Source: Moniliella sp. 'wahieum' (lineage: Eukaryota). From it: a DNA stretch of 64,000 nucleotides. Positions 14,683-27,866 of this stretch are shown here, piece by piece. The notes under the pieces are model-generated. The model saw only the letters and a program-made list of their open reading frames with translations. It did no database searches and had not been told where the DNA came from. Position 1 is the first letter of the stretch. Each line of letters begins with the position of its first letter. The translations under genes and the position numbers were made by a program. Location: assembly GCA_003971905.1 (NCBI GenBank), contig RSEE01000155.1, forward strand, positions 1 through 64,000, read 5' to 3'.

Positions 14683-17580
14683 TCATGCCCGCCCGATCTT
14701 CTCGACACGGGAGGTGAGTTGAAGCAGGTCGGCCTTGAGGGTGAGAATCTGTTGTTCTTGCAACTGGAGGAGCAAGGTCAGTCGCTGCACTTCGCTCCCG
14801 GGCGACTGGGCGTCCAGCGACTCCGCAGCAGGGTAGAGCGCTTGCCGCAGGGCCTTGCGCAAAGCCTGGCTTAGCAACACTTCGTCTTGCCACGGCCCAG
14901 CGGCCGTGGTGACGGGGAAGGACGCATCGCACGCATTCAGCACCAGGAGCACCACCACCGCCCCCACAGCAGAAGAGTGGTAATCGATGCTTCTCCCACC
15001 TGGTCTTGCACACTCGACCACATCTTTGTCGCGACCTCCCAGACGGGGTGAGCTCGGACCCCCTGGTGTGGTGGGCAAGACGGCACCCACCACCTTGGTA
15101 GGTGGAGGGATCCACGCCATTCTTCCGCTTGGCCTTCGCTCTCCTCACCTTCGCCCTCCTCACCCTCCTCGGGCTTGAACTCGTTTGCATGGTCTTTCAT
15201 GTACTTGCAAATCTCGAGATTAAGCGCCTTGTAGTACTCTTCTGGCCGTCAATCGAGGCTCGGTCAATCACACCTGCGTTCGTCAGTCCCTTCTGCACTC
15301 TATGCAACGAAAAACCAAAAGGACGTACTGCGGAAAGCTACGCCCGGTCCACTCCACGGTGCAGGTGTGAAGGCGCGTGTTCCACCCCCCTGCCCATGTG
15401 AGGCAAGTGCGAGTCTTGACCGAAAATGAGCCGCCAGAAGGTACGTCGGGGGTCCGTGGGTGGTCAAAGTGGTTGTGTACGTCTCAAAATCGGCATAGAG
15501 CATGCGTCGGTGATCAAACATTGGTCTGCTTGGGACCAATCGAGCCATTCAAAGGCTTGATGTACGACACATGCGCACCATCTCATCGCCTTCCTTCTCC
15601 CAGTCTCCCTGCTCGACATCCAACAAAGCTTGGTTGCCCACCAAAAAGTCGCGGCCAAAGCCGGTAGTAAAGAGAAGGTTATGCAGTGTCTCCACACTGG
15701 TCGGGTATGTGACGTCGAGCACAACATTGGGATAATGCTCGCCGCGCTGACCATCGGCACATTCGGTCGCGCGCTTCTTCCTTCCCCTTTGGACCGTTGA
15801 CTTTTTGTTACTTCCGCAGATCTGCTCCAGCCTTCTTCGTTTGCCTCTTCGTCCTGTCTGACGTGGACGAATCGGACACCTCATCTTCCTCTTCCCCTTC
15901 GCCGAGGGCGCGTTTCTCCTTGCGCTCCATAAACTTGCGTCGAACCGGGCACGCTTGCTCATCCGGGCCTTCATTCGCCCTTCCGCCGTTTCGTCTTCCG
16001 ACGAGTCGGGCGGGACGAGCGAAGGGTGAGATAGGTTCCAGATGTTGACAATCACACCATATGTTGCATCGCGGGCGAGGAGGAAGGAGGCAAAGGTATG
16101 CTACAGACGACAGAAACCCATTGTTAGCCAGTTTCTTTCGCTAGCAGCAACAAAGACAGATATACAAGCATACTTGGCGGTCAGCGTGGCAATGTGGATT
16201 GCGTTGGGGATGACAAGAGCCGTGTTGCGTTTTTCAATCGCCACAATGTCGGCGAAGGGGACAACGAGGTTTGTGACCCAGCCGAAAATGTTGGACTGGA
16301 AGCAGAGATGGTTTCCGACACATAGAGCGGCCCTGTAGAAGAATGTCACGGACCAACGCACAGCCATAGTCTGGGTACTGTCAGTAGGATATAGGGCAAG
16401 CTGGAGAAGGGAGAGAAGGGCCTACCTTCAATCAAGTGTTCCTCGGGAGCGTCAGGGAAAAGGGCGTGGAAGTCCGCATTGCGCTTGGAGGACGCGACGG
16501 CAACCCGGTGATCTGGGGCTCGAGCGTATCGGGCTGCTCCCAATTGCGTGCCCAGGCCCCGTCCGAGTCACTCTCATCCGTCTCCTCGGGAGGTGGGGAG
16601 GAGCGCATGGCCGTCCCCAACGCCATGCCCGTATTCCTACCGAAGCCGCCTGTCTTGCTGTCTTGAACCCTGGCCTTGAATTTGGCTCTCCACCGCCTGG
16701 GCGGGTGCGAGACGGCTAGTGTCGAGTGCCGTGCTGAGCGCCGTGCGCAGCCCTTCGCTAATACCCCTGTCCTCGAGTGGAGCGGGGGTGGGTGGAACTG
16801 GTACGGTGTGCCACATGTCAGCCTGTTGATCCAAAACGCAGCCCCACAACGCTACAGCGCCTCAACCGCAAGTACAGGAAAAAACCACCTACGCAATTTG
16901 GACTCGCCCTCGCCAAACAAGCTCTCGGCGTGAGCGTTGGCCACGTGAGTCGTCGTCAGCAGGCGCGGTGTGATAGCAAAGAATTCCTGCATTTGAGCTG
17001 TCATTCGGCGCCCTCAGCACGCCATACACACCGTTGTTCCGCTGCCGTTGCCGCTGCCTCTCCATGCGGACTGTGACCGCTGGCTGACGCAGCCGGATGA
17101 GTGCCTCGGCTGGCTTGGCGGGACTGGCATTGCCATTGAGCCGATGTGGCCCCAGAGCTAGGCTCGGCGCATTCCCATATGGCGCAACTGGGCCGGACGC
17201 AGCGGCAGGTGTGGATGGCAGAGCGGCCTTGGTCGCAGCAGATCGTCCAGGCGCAGACTGCCGGGTCGGTGGCCCTCCGAGTGCGTACAAGCCTTCCGAT
17301 CGGCGGTTGCCTCGTCGAATGCGGGGACGGGGGGGGAAGTTGGGGCGGGCGCGGCGATGAGCTCGGAGGGGTCGAGTGGGTCGTCGGGGTCGTGGTCGTC
17401 AGCGAAGGAGGCATCGTACGAGAGGTCGCCGAGGGCAAGGCGCATGCGCTCGTGGCGGTTGGGCACATGGGGAGGCGCGTCGGCGGGCGGGCGGGGCGGC
17501 GGTGGGGGCGGCGGAGGCTGCTGGCGGCGGAAGAGGGAGGTGCTGTGGGCGTCGTCGTGGGGGCGGAACATGGACGACAT
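14683..17580 (-). CDS. GRAM + VASt/StART-like sterol transfer protein (Lam/Ysp2 family), copy A (3 introns; heavily frameshifted)
   Basis: VASSKRNADFHALFP; intron 16371-16425; NHLCFQSNIFGWVTNLVVPFADIVAIEKRNTALVIPNAI; HYPNVVLD..YPTSVETLHNLLFT; C-terminal hydrophobic segment and coiled coil. Confidence 0.88.
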
Positions 17581-20500
17581 GGTGGGGGTGGGGGTGGGGG
17601 GGGCGGGGGGGGTGCTGGCTAGCTATGGTGCACGTATTATTGCCGCGCCACAGCAGGCTGCCAGCGCCCGCCAGCCACGGCGGCCCAACCCTACTGACTG
17701 CGCCACACTGCACCCGCTCCCCTTACGTACGCCGCTTGGCGGCCCAGTGAGGAATGTACTGCGGTAAACTCGCGCACGCAGAATTGCATTGCGGGCCTCC
17801 GGACATGGAACCAACACCTACCAGACTACGCACGCGTGGTCGGCGTCATGTATTGGATGGTCAAATTTTCCAACAGAGGGAGCGAACCATCACACGAAAG
17901 TCTCCGAGACGGCCGCATATAAACAGCACGCACGAGGCAGCAGGTAAAGCGCTTCATCTGCTCCTGTCTAATCTTTGCACATGCTATGGATTCAGAGAGG
18001 GCCAAAAGATGATCGACTGATATGCACTGATGAGCGTTCTCACAGGTTAATGTGCTTGGCTATAACGAAATCGCCCTTTTCTTATCTGACGTTTGTGCTC
18101 CTGACAGAAGAGACGCTGAGAAAAACAGTGCCCAGATTTGAGAGTTGGAGTCCACACCCGTGATTGTGAAGTGCGGCGGCCGACGCAGACGCCGCGGTCC
18201 CGAGCACCCGCGAGAAAGCTTCATATAAACAACGGATGTGCCACAGTTGGAGAAAAGGAGAAGGGGTATAGGAACCCTACTATTCTCGCAAGGAGGGCGT
18301 GCTGGGGACGACGAGACAGCGGGGGGGCAAAAATGGGGAGTGGCGGAGACAATGCAATCACTACTAAAGAAGAAAGTTGGCATCCGGCCAGTACCACACA
18401 CTCATTTGGCTCTTTCTCCCCAATACGATTGTACCGAGAGGGCCGGACTTCCAACACGGATACTAATGAGCTCTAAGTGACGCAGATGATATCGTTGGTA
18501 AGGAGGGAGAGTATCAAGCTCTACCATCCAAAGTAATAAACATCAAAAGGTTAAGACTTCTCGCATACTGCTAAATAGTAGCTGACAAGTGGGCGCCTCT
18601 CTTTGGGGCTGAAGACACTTCCGACGATCTCCAAGCAATGAGATGATGAACCAAAAATTGCTCCATTTGCACGTAAAACAGCATTTGCATTTCAGAGACC
18701 TCACAGCAATAGAACGTACGAGATTGTGCTAGGGTATGACACAAAGTAAACGCGATACAAAACAATATTTCCTCCCCCATCACAAGAGAGGGAGCGAGAG
18801 TACATCTCAGTCTCCCAAGGGATGAAGTGCTGTGAAAAGGGAGGTAAGGCTGAACCGTGAGGCGTGAAGATTGAGGAGGGTGAAAGAAGGGTGACCGGGG
18901 AAACTGTTTGGAGTTCTTGAAAACGACGAGAGGAACCTTGAATAGGGGGAGGTGAATGGCGGTGACGCTTAAAGGCGTAATCAGTGGAGGAGACAGCGTA
19001 TGAACATTGAGTCGTAAGATGCGAAACTAATTCTAGGGCCAGTACTCGTCGCCAGAGTCTTCCCAAGAGCGTTGGCTCTTCCCATCTGCAGACACGCCGT
19101 GGTGCAGAAGTACCTCCTGCAAGGTATTCTTTCCACGCTTAACGTTCCAAAAGAACTTGGAGACGGCGCTGGCCGGAAGTCGGCCCTGGGCCACGATGCT
19201 AATAGGGAGAACCCCAGACTGGGTACGCTCGTCCTTCATCCGGGGACGTCTGGAGCTGACTGTGATCACACTCCCGTTCGTTCCGCTGGCACGGTCAATG
19301 AAAACCAGTGTGTCGACGAGGGCATTGGGGTTTGTGGCGTTGCAGTAAGGGTGGTGCATAGTGTAGAAATGTCTTCCACTTTGCCGTCCTCTTCCTCCTG
19401 TAGGGTGAGACGGAGACCGTTCATGTTTAACGCGATTAGCCATCAGCAGGACAAAGCAGAAACCGGGACACCTTCCAAGGTACAAAGACCCATTCGACTG
19501 GATTGGGCCGGTCGCCAGTGCGCTTGAACACGGCAAGGCTCTCCCGGATGGCCATATCGGCCTTTGGAGAGAGATGTTGAGTGAGGTAAAATGCGTAGCA
19601 AATGGTATTAGAGCCAGAATTGGTCCATTTGGACCAAATGCTGCCTCGCCGGGATTGGAACGATACCATACCTTTAAGACAACAGAGAACACAACGAAGA
19701 AGAGTAACGTTGCTGCAGGCCCAAATAAATGAAGATATGTATCCGGCGATATGGAAAAGTATATAAGGTCGGAAAGCGGAAGTGGGCGGATGAGTTGAAT
19801 GAGGAAGAGGGCGCGAGTGAAGAGGAGCTAGGAAAGCAATCGTGGTGCTGGAGAGGGGGCTCGGATGAAGCCTTGGAGAAGAGGTGGTGGTTGAGTGGAC
19901 GAACAGAAAAGGGAGAGACCGCCTGTAAAGTTCGCGGGCGGCCCGATCCATCCGTTGCAGGGGGTACAACCGAATACCCGACTTCATTATATACACCCTG
20001 TGACAGTCCTCACATGCCCTAGCAATGGGACGCTGCTGTGGTTATACGGAACACTGGAAATCGCTGCGAACCTGAGAACGCCTGATGAGTGTTCCTGAGG
20101 CCTGAGGCTCAGGCCCGATAGGCAGGTAGACCGGAAACGAAATCGATGCGCTTTTACACACACGTTTATTCAACAGTGTTTTTGTGGTTATCGATTATCG
20201 GTCTGTTTCCATGTGGTATACACGCGATGGGAGAGCAGCCAAGCCCTCTTTACGCCGTTGAGGACGTTGAGGGCCCCCACGCCCTCGCTGTCGCTTACTT
20301 CCTCGCACGTACTTTTTCGTGATCGACTTCAGCTTCATGCGGCCTCTATAGTACTAGCTCCTGGTGTCCACCATGCACCGCCGGCCATCGGCCGTCTCTC
20401 TGATCTAGAGAAAGTGAGACACTCGAACCAAGGTATGTACCGCAGTAAAATCCGTATCAAGCATAGGCGTCATGCAATGCATCCGACAGGGCCCCTCAGC

Positions 20501-21366
20501 AGTCTCGGCGGCTGCGCCTCAGCTCAGAGCGCAGTGTAGTGAATGTTGCGCGTGAACGTCGTGACCCGTGCGAACAGTGAACGTGAAATGACTTTGTCTG
20601 GGCCAGGCCTGCGCATAGCGCAGCTGCTCGGTTCGACGTTGGGCGTGCTCAGTATACGTTCAGTGTTCAAGTTGAACGTTGAAGTTCAACGTTCAACGAG
20701 CTTCATGCATCATGCATCATGATGCTGGGTGTCGGTACACCGGGGCTTCTTTCTCTACTTGGATCTTGGATCTTATCGATTATCGCACTGGTTCTACGGT
20801 GTTGCATGTTACACGTTGTCCACGTTGTCCACGTTGCCACCGGTTATGGATGGACGTGTTGACCCTGATTTCACTCAATACTGACGGTTATACTTTTGCC
20901 ACTGTGAATATTGAATGCACGTTTGGTAAGTATTGGTTGGTAAAAGTAACACGGTTTCGTGCACAGCGCCATCGCGTCCGACATACGCGTTACTAGGAAA
21001 CCAAGGAGAATTGGGGGTAGCCTTCGGAGACGCATCTGAGCAACGATAAGATCTAAGACCCAACTGTCACATGTCACACTAAGGCCGGCCTTAGGCCTTA
21101 TAGGCCTTATAGGCTTTACTAGCTTACTTCAGAGTGTTGCAGCCTACGTACGGGATGGCAGTTACCAAAAAGCACAGATAATAGGAACGAATGGCGGCCA
21201 TCTGAAGGTCTTGATCGACCTGATATCCTGGCAATTCCCCTGATTCCTTAAACGGGGTTGGCACTAACAAGCAACATACGCCGGATGAACGGGTCGATTT
21301 ATGTGCAGCGTTTCTTTGTCTCAGCCTTGAGCTCTGTCAATGATATGGTTACAGAATAGAGATAGG

Positions 21367-22196
21367 TGTCATGGGGGGGGTCCCGACCTCGGGACCCCCC
21401 CTGTAGTTTAGGGGTATAAAAACGTTAAACGTTAAACCCCTAAACAGATCAATCGGGGCCTCGTACGTTGGGTCCTGCTTCAGATGCTGGTCGAACCGAG
21501 CGGGTGTAGAGGCGAGGGAGAGACCCTCTAGTTTATTGGGCGGCTGCCTGGGTGCAAAGGCCGCAGTCCAGACCCTCCGAGGTATTAGGAGCCGCGTACG
21601 TAGGTCGTTAGACCAGTTGAAGGGGTCCCGGAGCTCCGAAGTTACTCTGTTCCTGGAAGCGTTATCACACTCGGTACGCTGTAGCTGGCGGGAACAGACA
21701 GAGTCCTAAAGCAGAGCAAGCGCTACTGATGTGAGTAAACGCGGCTTGCAGTGCACTCGACGTAAGTCATAAATTCGTAAGCGTAAGGGTGGTAGAAGGT
21801 GGAAGGACTAGAGAGGAACTGGTAGTCGGGGAGACCAAAGGTAGAAGACAGGATGGTCGACAAGGACCACAGCGAGCAAGCCTTAGACATGGCTGCTTAT
21901 ATATAGCAGAAAAGGAACCAGGCCTCAAGTGCCTCATGAGATGTGACAGGTATAGACAGAATGTGCTGCTGCGGGTGCAGCAGGAAGGGTTCTGACAAGA
22001 CTGGACGCAATGGGCACAAAAAGCATCGTACCGATAAGCCCATGCGACCATGGCGGGCCGCGGATGACATCCGCAGCAAAGATAAGGTGTCTACTGGCTC
22101 TCTCTCGCTAGTCTAACCGGACTGACGGGTGTTGGGCTGAGATGTCTACGACATGCGGGGCTCAGCGTCCGGAGATAACCGGAGCGCCCCGTAACA
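21367..22196 (-). mobile_element. Solo LTR (830 bp) of an LTR retrotransposon
   Basis: Starts TGTCATGGGG and ends CCCCGTAACA (imperfect terminal inverted repeat, TG...CA). Flanked by identical ATAGG at 21362-21366 and 22197-22201. On the minus strand a TATATAA (~21897-21904) precedes AATAAA (~21532-21537). Confidence 0.88.
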
Positions 22197-22436
22197 ATAG
22201 GCAGGGACATAGGGGAAACGTTTTGCTCACACCAGGGACGTTTAACCGTCATATTTTCTACTACTCTCACGCCCGCCCACCACCGCATCTGCAGGCCCGG
22301 GCCTTTTTGGGCCCGCCACATTCATACCCAAAAGAGTTTCGCGTTTCGCGTTTTCGTTGCTGCCATGGAGGCTGATTTTATCTGGTACAAGTTAAAGCTC
22401 CCAGCGACCAAAAATGCGGCTGTTCAGTCCGTTCCA

Positions 22437-23678
22437 TCACTCGGTTAGCGGGCGCCAGGTTTCTCCACAACAATGACCAAGACAAAACGTACTCAAACAC
22501 TGCCATCGTCGTCCACTTGCGGTTCGCGGCTTCGGGAAGACAAGCGAGCGGGGGCCATGGAAAACAGCATCGTCGACCTCTTGTGGTTTGCGGGGGAGAC
22601 AGTGCATAAACTTCCAGTCCGGGTTTGCCCCACCGCGACGAGCCAGGTCATCCGTGATCTGGAACCCTTCAAAGTCGCGCAGGCGCTGCTCCTTCGACGC
22701 CTCGTCGCCCATGCTGATCCATGTGTCGGTGACCAACACATCCGCCCCGGCCACAGCCTCCTCGGGACTGTGGGTCCAAGTCACAGTACCAGCACGGTAG
22801 CCCCCCTTGACAAACGTTTCGTCCTCCGGCAGTTGAGCCAGTAGCTTGTCGAGTGTAGCGAACACCACTGGATCCTTTGCGTACATTTTCCCTTTCGGGG
22901 CCGGTGCAGCGACCGCAACGTCAATGCCCAGACGTGGGAATGCGACCAAGATATCGTTAAGAATGTTGTTGCTGTCTCCGATCCAGGCAACCTTGAGCCC
23001 TGCCAGGGCACGAAGGGAAGTTCCCGGGGGACTGGTCAGCTGTGCATTAGACTCGCTGTTAGGGAAGTGCTCGGCCATTGTGAGAAGGTCGGCCAAGATC
23101 TGAGTGGGGTGGTAGCGTTCAGAAAGCGCGTTCACTACCGGTACAGCCGAGTTTTTGGCTAGAACCTCGATATCTTCATGCGCCCCGACACGGGCCATGA
23201 TTCCATCCACCATGGAGGAGACGACCTTGGTCGTGTCATAGAGCGTCTCATTGACGCCAAGCTGAATGTCAGAGGGGGCAAGGAAGAGCGGATGACCCCC
23301 GAGCATGTTGATCGACGTCTCGGATGCCAGACGCGTACGAGTTGATCGCTTGGTGAAAAGGAGGGCAATGGTCTGCCCGGCCAGCGACTGGGGGACCACA
23401 TCGTTCTCCTCGAACCCGTCGTTCTCCCTTAGACCAGCCGAGTCCGAATCAGCGAGGGAAATGGCCTTGCTGATTTCCTTGAATTGGCTGGCTGTGTCGA
23501 TGAGACTCTGGATCTGACCAACGTTTAGATCGGCAAGAGTCAGGAGCGACGGGGGCTTGCGGGGTTCGAAGGCAGTACGGGACGAGGAGAAGGCACGCGC
23601 TGAGGCACGAGTGGTGTGCAGCACAGGAGAGCACAGGCGGGCCGCGGATAGGGAAGAGCGGAAAGGCAGCGAAAGCAT
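22437..23678 (-). CDS. ARG3: Ornithine carbamoyltransferase, probably mitochondrial (one frameshift near the C-terminus)
   Basis: KRSTRT, HPTQILAD, WIGDSNN, TDTWISMG and FMHCLP motifs. Arg/Ser-rich presequence from ATG 23678. The shifted frame continues FPEAANRKWTTMAV. Confidence 0.96.
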   Translation of the reverse strand: MLSLPFRSSLSAARLCSPVLHTTRASARAFSSSRTAFEPRKPPSLLTLADLNVGQIQSLIDTASQFKEISKAISLADSDSAGLRENDGFEENDVVPQSLAGQTIALLFTKRSTRTRLASETSINMLGGHPLFLAPSDIQLGVNETLYDTTKVVSSMVDGIMARVGAHEDIEVLAKNSAVPVVNALSERYHPTQILADLLTMAEHFPNSESNAQLTSPPGTSLRALAGLKVAWIGDSNNILNDILVAFPRLGIDVAVAAPAPKGKMYAKDPVVFATLDKLLAQLPEDETFVKGGYRAGTVTWTHSPEEAVAGADVLVTDTWISMGDEASKEQRLRDFEGFQITDDLARRGGANPDWKFMHCLPRKPQEVDDAVFHGPRSLVFPKPRTASGRRWQCLSTFCLGHCCGETWRPLTE

Positions 23679-23820
23679 GGCGAAGCTGTGGCCGCGAGAC
23701 GATGGATGGAGATGGTGGTGGGAAGAAGAAAAACCCGTTTTCGTTTGTGCACGGACGGACTTGGACATTTCACGCGTCCCTCTGGACAGTCATGCTGGGG
23801 TCACCGGGGCCACCGAGCCG

Positions 23821-24061
23821 GAGTCATAGCTGGGCGTGCTAGTCATGCGCATCGGCGTTCAGACGTTCAGCGGCTCAACTCAGGGTCCCTCTAGTAGCTC
23901 TAGTCCACACATGCGTACCGGGTTACGCTGACTAGTGACTATAACGCAACGGAAAAGCCGTCTGTGCCCCGGCCTGGTCTGGGATAGATCCAAGATCTAT
24001 GATCTAACCCGCACTCTGACTCGGTTGCTAGCCCCGCTGCTAATGGGCAGCAGAGTGACTC
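23821..24061. promoter_or_regulatory. Three TGACTC (Gcn4/Cpc1-like) sites upstream of ARG3
   Basis: GAGTCA at 23821 and TGACTC at 24017 and 24056. Amino-acid biosynthesis genes are typical cross-pathway-control targets, but TGA-rich motifs are common in this window. Confidence 0.3.
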
Positions 24062-24639
24062 GATCGCAGCTGCCACTGGGGCCTGAGACGGATCGCTGTG
24101 CTTACGGCAGGGGCCCAGTACGCCAGATAACCAGCAAATCAGCAATCGATAAGCCCGTAATTGATGCATGACGCATCATGCATCATGCATCATGGCACAC
24201 TACCACCCCCTTCGTTCTCCTTGTTTTTCACCCTTTCCTAGTAGTACGATGCATCCAGGCGCTTCGCGCAACCCTAGTTGCAGAGGCCATCCAAATTCTG
24301 ACAAGAGGGGAAAGGGAAGAACCGATGGTGACAACAGGATGAGAGGACAGGCAAGGCAAGAAAAACGCTATTGGGCTTGCTTTCTCCTCACGTGCAACAT
24401 AATGCCGTGTTGGCAAAAACGCGATGAGGCTGCCTTTTGTTTTTTATCGTGCCAAAAGGCCTCCCTCCTATAACCCTTCTGGCGCTGAAGATCGTGGAGG
24501 ACGGCCGCAGCGTTGGTTGCCCACTACGCTTGTCATTGCCTATCGAAAAATACTTCATGTAAAGTTGGTTCATCACGAGATTGGTTCGCTCATTTTCGAG
24601 ACGAGAGAGAAAGATAGAGAAAAATTAGGAAGAACCACA

Positions 24640-27600
24640 TTAGTACTGCCTGGGCCTGCCCACGGTCGCTCGCAGCCACGGGGGTCGCGATGGCGCAGCG
24701 GAATGATCCCCGAACGCAGCTTGGCCACGAGGAGAATTGAACCCCCTCGATCCTGCCGAGGGCATTTGGGCCGACCGCAGTTCCCGGAGCAACATGTCGG
24801 GGGCCACAATCGGACCATTGTAGGTAGCAGCCGGAACCAGTTTGGCCACCAGTTCCCATACCGAGGGAGGAAGGTTGACGGCATCTTGGGCTTGTCCCAG
24901 TGCACGTTCGCGTTCGCGCTCCCTTTCGCGCTCTCGCATGGCAGGCGGCGGACCTCCCAGCTTGATGCGTTTCGGACCGAATCCCATCTCCTCTCCGGCC
25001 CGCTTGAAAGGCACAAAGGGTATGGGGGAGTTTGACCGAGCTCTCGACGCAGGAAGGGGCTCTTCCGCCGCCGCCCCACTAGCGGGAGGAGGTTGCACGA
25101 CGGGCGGCGGTGCGGACCGCTGCAGCTGTTCTTCTTCCTCAGGTGTAGGGTGGCCCAAGTCACGGTGATGAATCGGTGCGTCGTCGGCCCACACGACAGC
25201 CTCGACAGGGCTTCAAGCGGAGAAACAGAAGGGTACATGGCCAAAAAGCGCGAGTCCAAGGACCCAATAGCCGCTGCATCGCCGTACTGGTGAGTGAACT
25301 CTCTCCACCGTTCCCACAAAGGCTTGGTCAGCTCCGGCGACAAGGGACTGGACACGATGCGCTCAAACAGCGCACGGGCATTGTTCTCGTCGTTGATGGA
25401 GAGAAGAAATTCGAGGTAGCGAACCGCCAGGGCCGCTGCCGCTTCTTGGGAGGCTTGCATGGCCGCCGCTCCCCCCACGGAGGGAATCGCGCCTGTGCCC
25501 GTGCCCGACGAAGCCACACTCGGTTCCCCCGGGGTAAGAGCCAAAACGGCGGGAGAGGCAAAAAGTTTGCACGCCAGCTCAAACACATTGGTGGCAACGC
25601 GTGTGTCCTTCGAAGTGTGGTACTCAATCAGCGCACTCGCCTCGTACACGCGCCACGTCGTATGGGCCGACTTGCGCGCCCGGGCAAAGATAGCACGCAT
25701 AGGCCGTAAGCCTTCGATACGACGGATAGCCTGCATATACTTGATCCACACCACCGTCAAGTCGTTGCGCAACTTGGTCGTGCCCTGCATATAGGCCTCG
25801 TCCAACCGTGCAATTTTGCGATCCCGCTCTTCCTTTGCTCTCCGACTGAGCGCCTGCGGCATTCCACCCTCATCATCCGAATCTTCATTAGCAGCCTCAG
25901 CTTTTGGCTCTTTGGGGGCTTGTTGAGGGTCCAAGGCCTGAATGGCCTTGGTGTGAACGCTAGCCCGAGTGTCCAATTGCGCCGTTAGGGCCTCGATTAA
26001 TGCATCAAACACTTGACCCACTCGAGGCTTGGTCGGCTCCGGGACAGAGAAGGCTTCCTCCTGTACTGCATCGCCAGCCTGGTTTAGTCCTGGAATAATT
26101 TGGGCTGGAGGAGGGGGCAATGAAGCCGGCTGTCCATCGAGAAGAATGCGTTCCACATGCTGCACCTGAGCCAGACCCAAGAGGAAACTCCGCGGGTTGG
26201 CCTGGAAGCCTTCGTTGCAACTTCCATCCATCAGGGATCTTACCCGCCGAGAAATAGTACGTGGCAGCACGGTGCCTGCAGTGGGCTAAGTTAGCTACTT
26301 GGCCCTCATCCCAGGCTACAGAACAACATCGCGTTGGTAGAGAGCCTGTCTAGGGAACAAGAAGGTAGGACGTACCACATCTCAGGGTAAAACGGCAGGG
26401 CGGCCAGCGCATGGTGCAGCACATGCTCCACCCGGTCCACCAAAGCCGCCTTCTGTGCTGCATCATTCTCATCCAGTTTGAGGGGGTTAGACAATTCCCA
26501 ATCGATTAGTGCGACCCATGCGGCCGCTAAGCTGCGGTCCCTTGCCGCCGCATGCGGATCAGCCACCCCGTCGATGCGGGCCTGTGCTGGAAGCGGATCC
26601 CAGGCGGGCGGGAAAGGCAAGAGTGCAGGAGAGGAGGCGGAATGGATGCGATCAAAGAGCGCATCCGATGCCTTTGACACCTCTCGTGCCGACATGTAGG
26701 CTGCAGATCGGTCCCCTACTAGCTTGCGCATCGTTGTGCGCGAGGTGGCGGTTTCGAACGCATTGTAGTCTCTCCAGAGCACCTCGACTCCCGCAGTGGG
26801 TTGAATAACAGCTTGATGGTAAGCCCTTCGGACTGCATCAAGTCGCTGGGCCTCCTCCCAGGGTGAGTGGGCCGGACGCTCTTTCAAGAGAGTAATGTAC
26901 TCCTGCCATAGCATGCCTGCCCCTCTCTCGCCCCCCACGCGCTTAAGAACGTATTCATAGGCACCCTCGGTCACTCGGCGAGCAGCGGCCGACTCGGATG
27001 CTGCCGACAAGTCTGCTTGCACCACCGCAGCAGCGGGGAGAGGGTGGATCCTCCGCACATACGCCACATAAGCTGCACACACGTTGACCGAGACTGTGTG
27101 TTTGAGCGCACGCACTAGAACTCTCTCCACCTGGGCAAACTCGGACATGGACGAGAGAAGCTCAATGTACTTCACCCAAATGCTCTCGGCACAGGGAAGG
27201 AACGGAGGATCTTTTCGTACAATGCGACTTGGTCGCCCACATCTGCGTTTCGTTCCACCTCTGCATCCAAAAGCGCTATCCACGCCGGCCCATCCCTGGC
27301 ATCCGCCTCAATACGAGCGCGGGCTAGGCTGGCCTTGTTCTCAGGCTCCAGTTCCTGAGGTTTGGCAGGCCCGGACTGAGCTGGCTCCGTCGATGGGAGC
27401 GAGGATGGAACACCCGAGACCGCAGGTGAGGAGCGGTCAATGCGAGGGTCTTGAGGCGTGGTGTGGGCTCACTCTTGACAGGGTTGCCCTGGCGCTTGGC
27501 GTCCTTGGGAAGGTCGTCGATGGGGGGGAGGTTGGGCTCGTCGTCGTCAAGGAAGCGGACACCGCGAGCGCGGGTACCGTCACTGGCAGCGCGGAGAAGG

Positions 27601-27866
27601 CCACTCGGCGCATCATTGTGCGTGTCCGATACTGGACCCATGGAGGGATCTGCGGCATCCAGGGCCTGGGCACCATGGGGGGGGGACAGGTTCGTTGGAA
27701 GAATGGCCGTTGGTGGCATGGGCAGCGGCGGGTTCGCCTTGACCAACAGGGCCCGTGGCCAGTGTCAGACCGGGGGCGGGCTCGGTGCCCTCGGAGCGCT
27801 GGGGATGGCTGCAGCGGAAAGCCGGGGGTCCGGGACAGCGGCGGTAGGCTGCTCGGCAGCCGACAT
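24640..27866 (-). CDS. RNA14: mRNA 3'-end processing factor Rna14/CstF-77, HAT repeats (intron ~26277-26374; frameshifted)
   Basis: WVKYIELL; LWQEYITLLK; RRAYHQAV; LWRDYNAFE; WELSNPL; FYPEMW; VWIKYMQAIRRIEG; YEASALIEYH; INDENNARALFER. ATG at 27866. Confidence 0.9.

Noticed and set aside
21367..21948. Shorter LTR ending at TGACA 21948
   Set aside because: The flanks do not match; the 22196 end gives a perfect ATAGG TSD.
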